From an uncultured bacterium (lineage in GTDB: Bacteria; Zixibacteria; MSB-5A5; UBA10806): a DNA stretch of 12,392 nucleotides. Every line of letters begins with the position of its first letter. Position 1 is the stretch's first letter. The DNA lies in contig CBEUCH010000030.1 in assembly GCA_965541585.1 (NCBI GenBank), forward strand, positions 1-12,392, read 5' to 3'. The position numbers were made by a program, and so were the translations under genes. Under the pieces are notes generated by a model. The model saw only the letters and a program-made list of their open reading frames with translations, had not been told where the DNA came from and made no database searches. Below are positions 6,832 to 12,392 of the stretch, one piece after another.

Positions 6832-8235
6832 ATATAATGTTCTCTCGCCTATCCCCAGGATACGAGCCGCCTTCTTTCTATTGCCATTGGCTTCATCAAG
6901 CGCCCTAATCATAAGTTCTTTCTCCGCAGCTTCCATCTTGACGGGGCCGGATCTAAAACCCGCAGATTCTGCGAAGCCACCATTCGTAACCCTTACTCTC
7001 TCCATCTCCCTTTCAATCAGCCGCCGCAGGGAACTGACTTCGCCGGTAAGGGCCATTATTGCCTGCAACATAATTTGATGCTCTGCGGCTTCGGAGGTCC
7101 TCCCCGTTACTACCGGAAGCAACTCGGAACTGGGGCGTCTCTCCCGGACATATTGTTCGAAATCCGACGTCCTTATCCGACCTGACGCGCTGGTGACCGA
7201 AAATGAATCGATGACATTCTTCAACTCTCGCACATTGCCGGGCCATTCGTAGCGATAGAATAAACGCAGCGCCCCGGGTTCAATCGAGAGATTATCGGTT
7301 TTCAGTTCTTTTTTCCTCCGTGCCAGAAAATGAAATGCCAGAGGAGAGACGTCCGGTTTCCTGAGGCTCAGAGCGGGTAAATCTATTGTAACAACGCTTA
7401 AACGGTAATAGAGGTCATCGCGGAAACGGCCGGAGGCAACTTCATCCTGCAGGACCTTATTTGTGGCCGCCAGCAGCCTAAAATCGGCGTTTATCTGAAC
7501 GTTACCCCCGACCCGGGTGAAACTGCGCTGTTCGAGAACCCTCAAGAGTTTGGCTTGAATCTCAAGCGGTATATCGCCGATCTCATCTAAGAATATTATG
7601 CCGTCCGAGGCCTGTTCAAAAGCCCCGATTCTTCTGGAAGTCGCTCCCGTAAAAGCCCCTCTCTCATGGCCGAATAATTCGGATTCGATGATTCCGGGAG
7701 CCAGGGCGGCGACATTTACCGCTATAAACGGGTTACCGGATTGTCCCGATCCCGAATGGATGGCCCTGGCGATGATTTCCTTGCCTGTTCCCGACGGCCC
7801 CGTAATGAGAACATTGACATCGGATGATGCCACTTTCTTTACGGTTCCGGCGGCCTTGATAAGCTCGGCCGAACGGCCTATTATCCCGCACGATCCGAGG
7901 AGCTTCCTATCTCGAACGATCTTCTCAAAAGCCTCCACCACATCCACAGCTTCAACCGGCCAGAATAATTCTTTATCGCAGCTTAAATCCTCGGTAATTC
8001 CGATTGCAGGCATTATAACCACTGCTATAATCGATGGTTTCTCAACATAGGCACGTTCTATAAGCTTCAACGGTCTCATCCCGGAACGCAGATCGAAAAT
8101 TATCCCGTCCGGTTCAGTCTCGTTCAAGACCGAGGCCAGCCTGATTTCATCGGTAAAACTTTGAGCTTCCCGTCCGGGAAGAGATTTCAGCAATTGGTCC
8201 GAAAATGACAGGTCATGCGAAAACAGATAAATCAT
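6802..8235 (-). CDS. Sigma54-dependent Fis-family transcriptional activator (bEBP) with atypical receiver-like N-terminus
   Basis: Walker A GPSGTGKE, ESELFGHERGAFTGA, Walker B IFLDEIG, RDDLYYRL, WPGNVREL, and C-terminal Fis HTH GNRKKAARILGIGERTLYRKL. It overlaps rnr by 4 bp. Confidence 0.93.
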   Translation of the reverse strand: MIYLFSHDLSFSDQLLKSLPGREAQSFTDEIRLASVLNETEPDGIIFDLRSGMRPLKLIERAYVEKPSIIAVVIMPAIGITEDLSCDKELFWPVEAVDVVEAFEKIVRDRKLLGSCGIIGRSAELIKAAGTVKKVASSDVNVLITGPSGTGKEIIARAIHSGSGQSGNPFIAVNVAALAPGIIESELFGHERGAFTGATSRRIGAFEQASDGIIFLDEIGDIPLEIQAKLLRVLEQRSFTRVGGNVQINADFRLLAATNKVLQDEVASGRFRDDLYYRLSVVTIDLPALSLRKPDVSPLAFHFLARRKKELKTDNLSIEPGALRLFYRYEWPGNVRELKNVIDSFSVTSASGRIRTSDFEQYVRERRPSSELLPVVTGRTSEAAEHQIMLQAIMALTGEVSSLRRLIEREMERVRVTNGGFAESAGFRSGPVKMEAAEKELMIRALDEANGNRKKAARILGIGERTLYRKLDKYGLR

Positions 8236-10391
8236 CTCCGCCGTTTCCTCCTACCAACGGATTTTTTCCTGGGCTTTTCCTCATTCTGCACTAGAGAAAA
8301 GTCTGCTCTCCTTTCGTCGAGATCAACCCTGGCAACTATTATCCTGACCTTATCACCGAGTTTGAATACCTGTTTGCTCCTTCTGCCGACAGCCCTGTGC
8401 TTACCTTCTTCAAGCATAAAATAATCATTCTCCAGGGAGCTGAAAGGCACGAAGCCCTCCACCATGCTGCCCTGCAGCTCGACGAAGAATCCTGACTTCA
8501 TAACCCCGGATATTATGCCGTCGTAAACCCCGCCGACCCTTTCACTCAAGTATTCAAGTTTTTTTATCTTTACAGATTCACGTTCCGCTTCGGCTGCAGC
8601 GATCTCCGTGGCGGTGCAATGGGCGCCGATTCTCTTTAACGACGATTTTATTTCCGTTGTCAGCGGCGGTGTGAGTTTTTTATTCAGCATGAGCTTCAAT
8701 ATTCGATGTATCAGCAGGTCCGGGTATCGACGGATCGGAGATGTAAAATGTGTGTAGCTCTCGAACGCCAGCCCGAAATGGCCTATGTTCTCCGGTTGAT
8801 ATGCCGCTTTGGCCAGGGACCTCAATAGAATTCCCTCGATAAACTGTTCTTCCGGTTTCCCCTGCACCGCTTCTAATATTCTCTGCAGTTTCTTCGGCGT
8901 TACTTCCCCTCTGAAGCTGAATTTATATCCCATTTCATGCAATAGCTCTACAAAGTTCTCGATCTTTTGTTTATCGGGTTTAGCATGCGCACGAAACAGA
9001 ATCGGGGCGCCGGCAGCCTCCAGGAATTTAGCCGCATATTTGTTGGCCAGAAGCATGAATTCTTCGACGATCTGATGCGAGGGCGTCCTGGCCCTGGTGA
9101 ATATATCCAGAACTCTGCCCTCGGGATCAAGTAGCACGTGGGGCTCCGGAAGGTCAAAATCGAGGCTGCCTTTTTTTATTCTTTCGGATCTCAAAGCCAT
9201 TGAAATTTCAAGCATCTGCTTTAGCGCTTCGCCTGCTTTACGATCAATATTTTTACTCTCGCGGCCGTCGAGATAATCCTGAACGTCCTCATAGGTCAGA
9301 GAAGCCGCGCTCTTTATAACGCTTTCGGTAAATTCCCACCTATAAACCCTGCCGCTCTCATCGATCTCTGCCAGAAATGACACCGTTAGACGATCCTTAT
9401 CCTGGTGCAGGCTGCAGATATTGCCGGAGAGTTTTTCCGGCAACATCGGTATAACGCGGTCCACGAGGTAAACCGAATTCCCGCGCAGCAAGGCCTCCGA
9501 ATCGAGTACTCGACCCGAACGAACGTAATGAGAAACATCCGCTATATGAATCCCCAGTCTGAATCTGCCGCCCGTGAGGTTTTCTAAACTGATGGCATCG
9601 TCATGATCCTTGGCGTCCGCGGGATCAATCGTGAAAGTCAAGACATTCCGCAGATCGAGCCGCCGGGAAATTTCAGCTTTCGGTATGGCCGATCTGATGG
9701 CGGCCAGTTCTTTTGTTATGCGCGGATCGAATTCTCGCGGCAATCCGTGAGAGACAATCAAAGAATCAATGTCGACGCCGGGCGAACCGGCCATTCCCAG
9801 TATTTCCTCCACCTGCCCGCGCGGCGGCAGGAAAACCGCTTCCCAGGGATGAAGCCTGACAGTCACAACCATATCGTTTTTGACCGCCAGCCTTCTCGGA
9901 TTTTCGATATCGATCTCGGCCTTTATTCTCGGGTCTTCGGGGATCAGTGACATACCGAGTCTTTTTATGCTCAACCGTCCTACCACTCGCCCCTTTTCGC
10001 GGCCGATCACCCCCATGATCTTGCCTTCGCGAGCCCTTCCCCCACGGGCAGGTTTGAGAATAATCTTTACCTGCTCACCGTGTATGGCGCCGCCCAGATC
10101 GCGTGAGGATATATATATGTCGCCTTTATCATCGTCAGACAGAACAAATCCATGGCCGGCCCTGCTCACGAAAAGCTTGCCGGTTATGAAATCCTCTTTT
10201 GGGGGTAATACAATGCGGCCGCCACGAATCTTGCCCAGCTTGCCTTCGGCTACAGCTTCTCTTACCATTCTGCGAAAGGTTCTGTATTCGTTTTGGTCAA
10301 TCCCCATTTTCCGAGATAATTCCCGTGTCTTGATTGGCCGGGATAGCTTCCTGACCGAGTCTATGATACCCTCGATTGTTGTCTCTGCCAC
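8232..10391 (-). CDS. rnr: Ribonuclease R (about 719 aa; start re-assigned to GTG at 10391 rather than TTG at 10505)
   Basis: Cold-shock domains (GHGFV, AIHGEQV); RNB motifs TIDPADAKDHDDAIS, HIADVSHYV, VEEFMLLAN, GHFGLA and YTHFTSPIRRYPDL; S1 domain; basic tail. Confidence 0.95.
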   Translation of the reverse strand: MAETTIEGIIDSVRKLSRPIKTRELSRKMGIDQNEYRTFRRMVREAVAEGKLGKIRGGRIVLPPKEDFITGKLFVSRAGHGFVLSDDDKGDIYISSRDLGGAIHGEQVKIILKPARGGRAREGKIMGVIGREKGRVVGRLSIKRLGMSLIPEDPRIKAEIDIENPRRLAVKNDMVVTVRLHPWEAVFLPPRGQVEEILGMAGSPGVDIDSLIVSHGLPREFDPRITKELAAIRSAIPKAEISRRLDLRNVLTFTIDPADAKDHDDAISLENLTGGRFRLGIHIADVSHYVRSGRVLDSEALLRGNSVYLVDRVIPMLPEKLSGNICSLHQDKDRLTVSFLAEIDESGRVYRWEFTESVIKSAASLTYEDVQDYLDGRESKNIDRKAGEALKQMLEISMALRSERIKKGSLDFDLPEPHVLLDPEGRVLDIFTRARTPSHQIVEEFMLLANKYAAKFLEAAGAPILFRAHAKPDKQKIENFVELLHEMGYKFSFRGEVTPKKLQRILEAVQGKPEEQFIEGILLRSLAKAAYQPENIGHFGLAFESYTHFTSPIRRYPDLLIHRILKLMLNKKLTPPLTTEIKSSLKRIGAHCTATEIAAAEAERESVKIKKLEYLSERVGGVYDGIISGVMKSGFFVELQGSMVEGFVPFSSLENDYFMLEEGKHRAVGRRSKQVFKLGDKVRIIVARVDLDERRADFSLVQNEEKPRKKSVGRRKRRR

Positions 10392-10398
10392 GGCGGGA

Positions 10399-10427
10399 AT
10401 TATAAGATACGCGCAAAGATAATTCAA
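10399..10427 (-). promoter_or_regulatory. Putative sigma70 promoter giving a leaderless rnr transcript
   Basis: Minus strand TTGAAT (10427-10422), 17 nt, TATAAT (10404-10399), 7 nt, GTG. No SD sequence is present. Confidence 0.7.
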
Positions 10428-10532
10428 GCCAAAACTGCCATTTTGGCAGGAGCTATTTTCTGAGCCAAAATAGATATGTATGATGTGTTGGAATAAATTC
10501 TCCAATTGACCACAGGGGAATATAATAAAAGG

Positions 10533-10563
10533 AATTAACTTGACAAAAACATCTATATTTGCT
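10533..10563 (+). repeat. 31-bp promoter-containing repeat, copy 1
   Basis: AATTAACTTGACAAAAACATCTATATTTGCT, identical to 11451-11481; contains TTGACA at 10540-10545. Confidence 0.9.
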
Positions 10564-10652
10564 TAGATAAAGTGGATTACGTCTACAAAAGCTGGCATCT
10601 GGTTGCGAAGCGAGAATAATCTATAAGTTTTAACCTTAACTGAGGAGTGATC

Positions 10653-11213
10653 ATGTTATCACGAGCGAGATTGGTATTGGGGCTGGCAACATTGGTTGCC
10701 GTAGGCGCATTAATAATTCTAAGCGATTGTGCTTCCGGCTCCCTGAGTGGCGGTGGTTGGGTTGATGATGGTACGGTTGTCAGGTTAGAGACGCAAACTG
10801 ATTTTGTTGGCATAGGTACGACGACGCCAACTGAGAAACTTGACGTGGTCGGAAACGCTCATGTAACGGGAGATCTGACCGTAGATGGTAGTATCAATCC
10901 GTCTCCCTTAAATGTATATGATAGCGGGTGGTTTCCTGTAAGTCGCAATTCTTCACACACTTATCCTCATGATCTCGGAACTGTAAAGATGCTGATTACT
11001 GTCTTTGGCGCGACCGATATGAATGGCGCCAATATGTCAACGTTAGCAACACCAGAAGGTAATGATGGCCAAAATAAAACGGCTACTGTTGGACAGATAA
11101 CTGCGACTCATTTTACATTGCGAGTAGGAATTCATCAATTAGCGCATATTTGGGACGGCAGTAAGTGGGTAAACGCGACTCATGCAAGAATAATTGCTCT
11201 AGCACTCGAATAG
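10653..11213 (+). CDS. Hypothetical secreted/membrane-anchored protein with a GIGTTTP (fibre-like) motif and a YDSGWF C-terminal module
   Basis: GAGGAG SD at 10642-10647 favours ATG 10653. Hydrophobic N-terminus followed by LSDC; GWVDDGTVVRL..VGIGTTTPTEKLDVVGN; YDSGWFPV..HDLG. Confidence 0.75.
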   Translation: MLSRARLVLGLATLVAVGALIILSDCASGSLSGGGWVDDGTVVRLETQTDFVGIGTTTPTEKLDVVGNAHVTGDLTVDGSINPSPLNVYDSGWFPVSRNSSHTYPHDLGTVKMLITVFGATDMNGANMSTLATPEGNDGQNKTATVGQITATHFTLRVGIHQLAHIWDGSKWVNATHARIIALALE

Positions 11214-11450
11214 AAACAGCTTAGCTCAAAATCAGGAGCATCATACAACAAAACAAAATCACAGTTCAATATTCTCAGAGATACGACTGAAGATGTTGAG
11301 AATATTATTTTGGGCGATTTCACTGACACTATAAACCTTTGCTAAAAACTACTCCATCGACTGGTATGTCATCGCCTCCTGCTGCGGGCATGAGACACCG
11401 GCGAACTATGGGGCCGACGTCACTAAGATTATTGCGTAGCCATCAGAAGC

Positions 11451-11486
11451 AATTAACTTGACAAAAACATCTATATTTGCTAATGT
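11451..11486 (+). promoter_or_regulatory. 31-bp repeat copy 2, putative sigma70 promoter with extended -10
   Basis: TTGACA (11458-11463), 17 nt, TAATGT (11481-11486) preceded by TGC. Confidence 0.7.
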
Positions 11487-11582
11487 TAATTAGTCAATGT
11501 CTTCATATAGCCGTGAGGTGGCTGTTGTGCGAGAATAAAAACTCATACGTATGGTTAAAGTATTAAATAAAAAGGAGCGCTT

Positions 11583-11684
11583 ATGTTATTGCAGGTAAGA
11601 TGCTTAGCCGGCGATAACCGGCCGCTGGTGATGCCGATCCTGAAATCCAAGATCAAGATTGGCAAGGTAGGGACGACTGAATAA
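11583..11684 (+). pseudogene. 33-codon ORF (MLLQVRCLAGDNRPLVMPILKSKIKIGKVGTTE), probable relic paralog start or small protein
   Basis: AAGGAG SD followed by ATG TTA T, matching the start context of the 10653 gene (AGGAG...ATGTTAT). It lies downstream of the duplicated promoter and is followed by a terminator-like hairpin. Confidence 0.45.
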
Positions 11685-11710
11685 AGCTAAGGTCATAATT
11701 TCAAAATAGG

Positions 11711-11741
11711 AAGAGGGGCTGTATTGCGATGACCCCTTTTT
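11711..11741 (+). terminator. Putative intrinsic terminator
   Basis: AAGAGGGGCTGT-ATTGCG-ATGACCCCTTTTT: GGGG/CCCC stem with imperfect extension, followed by a U5 tract. Confidence 0.5.
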
Positions 11742-11863
11742 CGTTTCCACTAACAGGTAGTTAGTGGCAATGGCCTCGTTCTCTAAAATAGACTCCTGTA
11801 AACCACAATTGACAGAATTTACCAACCTATAATGGTTTTGATTATGTTCTTTTGAGAAATCTC

Positions 11864-11892
11864 TTGACATCTAAATCATGGGTCTCCATTTT
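11864..11892 (+). promoter_or_regulatory. Putative sigma70 promoter of the dockerin-domain gene
   Basis: TTGACA (11864-11869), 17 nt, CATTTT (11887-11892); the -10 element is weak. Confidence 0.4.
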
Positions 11893-11984
11893 AACGATGC
11901 TTAATTAGTGTGCAACTTGCGCGGCAACGGCGGTAAAAACAAAAATTAATATTAGTATTACCAACCGAAACAGGGGAGGTTTCA

Positions 11985-12392
11985 ATGAAACGGAATGGTT
12001 TAGGGTTGTTTCTTTTCGGCGCGTCGGTATCCATGTTTATTTTTGGTGGATTCTTTAATCCGGTCATTTGCGGTGAGGACGGGCCGATTGAACCACCGGA
12101 TATAGCATACTATGATTACGACCCATTCAGGAACGGTGATGTAAATTCCGACGGTTGGGTTAACGGAGCGGATATAATCGCTTTTCAGCAAGCCTTTTTT
12201 GGTATTCGCAGCATCTGTGAATCCGGTGCGGATATGAACGGCAATGAAGTTCTTTACGAACTCATGGATCTCGTGTTTCTTATTAATTGGGTCTGTAACG
12301 AAGCAGAAGGTTCCAACCTGGCAGACGAGTGCAGCGAAGCCATAATAGAGGCACCGCCCGGTGGAGCAATTGAGATTACTGAATGCTGGGGG
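11985..12392 (+). CDS. Secreted protein with N-terminal dockerin type I / EF-hand-like repeats (5' part only; runs off the window edge)
   Basis: GGGGAGG SD, then ATG 11985. Open for 136 codons: MKRNGLGLFLFGASVSMFIFGGFF...NGDVNSDGWVNGADIIAF...ADMNGNEVLYELMDLVFLINW... Absent from the ORF track because no stop codon lies in the window. Confidence 0.85.
   Translation, partial: MKRNGLGLFLFGASVSMFIFGGFFNPVICGEDGPIEPPDIAYYDYDPFRNGDVNSDGWVNGADIIAFQQAFFGIRSICESGADMNGNEVLYELMDLVFLINWVCNEAEGSNLADECSEAIIEAPPGGAIEITECWG

Noticed and set aside
401..10422. Numerous antisense or alternate-frame ORFs in the track (e.g. 3268-3666, 3378-3869, 7598-8050, 9880-10422)
   Set aside because: They lie over well-supported genes and show no motifs, so they are shadow ORFs.
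10392..10505. N-terminal extension of rnr from TTG 10505
   Set aside because: It has no SD, does not resemble RNase R, and spans a well-formed promoter pointing at GTG 10391.
10506..10526. TTGACC...TATAAT promoter on the plus strand
   Set aside because: The spacer is only 9 nt.
10593..10607. Sigma54-like TGGCATCTGGTTGCG
   Set aside because: The GG-to-GC spacing is 9 nt, whereas sigma54 promoters require 10.
11229..11345. Open frame KSGASYNKTKSQFNILRDTTEDVENIILGDFTDTINLC
   Set aside because: It has no start codon or SD and no recognisable homology.
10533..11481. 31-bp repeats as a CRISPR array
   Set aside because: There are only two copies, 918 bp apart, they contain a -35 box, and no cas genes are present.
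11604..11870. 88-aa minus-strand ORF
   Set aside because: It has no SD or motif, and it crosses a terminator-like hairpin and the plus-strand mini-unit.
12000..12191. 63-aa minus-strand ORF
   Set aside because: It is antisense to the dockerin gene, which has an SD, a signal peptide and recognisable motifs.

Overview
Bacterial chromosomal window, probably from a diderm FCB-superphylum organism. A Zixibacteria-like origin is inferred from the co-occurrence of IPTL-CTERM, dockerin-like and CHU_C/FlgD-type secreted proteins and has not been verified. Most of the window is a tightly packed minus-strand operon: rnr (RNase R, apparently leaderless), a sigma54-dependent Fis-family activator with a degenerate receiver domain, three envelope genes (510-aa putative beta-barrel, lamin-tail + CHU_C/FlgD-like protein, 260-aa putative beta-barrel), and a dGTPase. 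The junction between the activator and the 510-aa gene is present twice, 2168 bp apart (32-bp identical core, 46/49-bp match). The two copies bracket a self-contained cassette of promoter, beta-helix/TSP3/IPTL-CTERM surface-protein gene and terminator. Each copy carries a relic of the neighbouring gene, and the relics differ from the intact genes at many synonymous positions, which points to recombination with a diverged homologous junction. The AT-richer right end is a divergent plus-strand accessory region. It holds a secreted protein with a GIGTTTP motif, a second copy of that gene's promoter/leader in front of a 33-codon relic ORF, and the 5' part of a dockerin-containing secreted protein that the ORF track misses.
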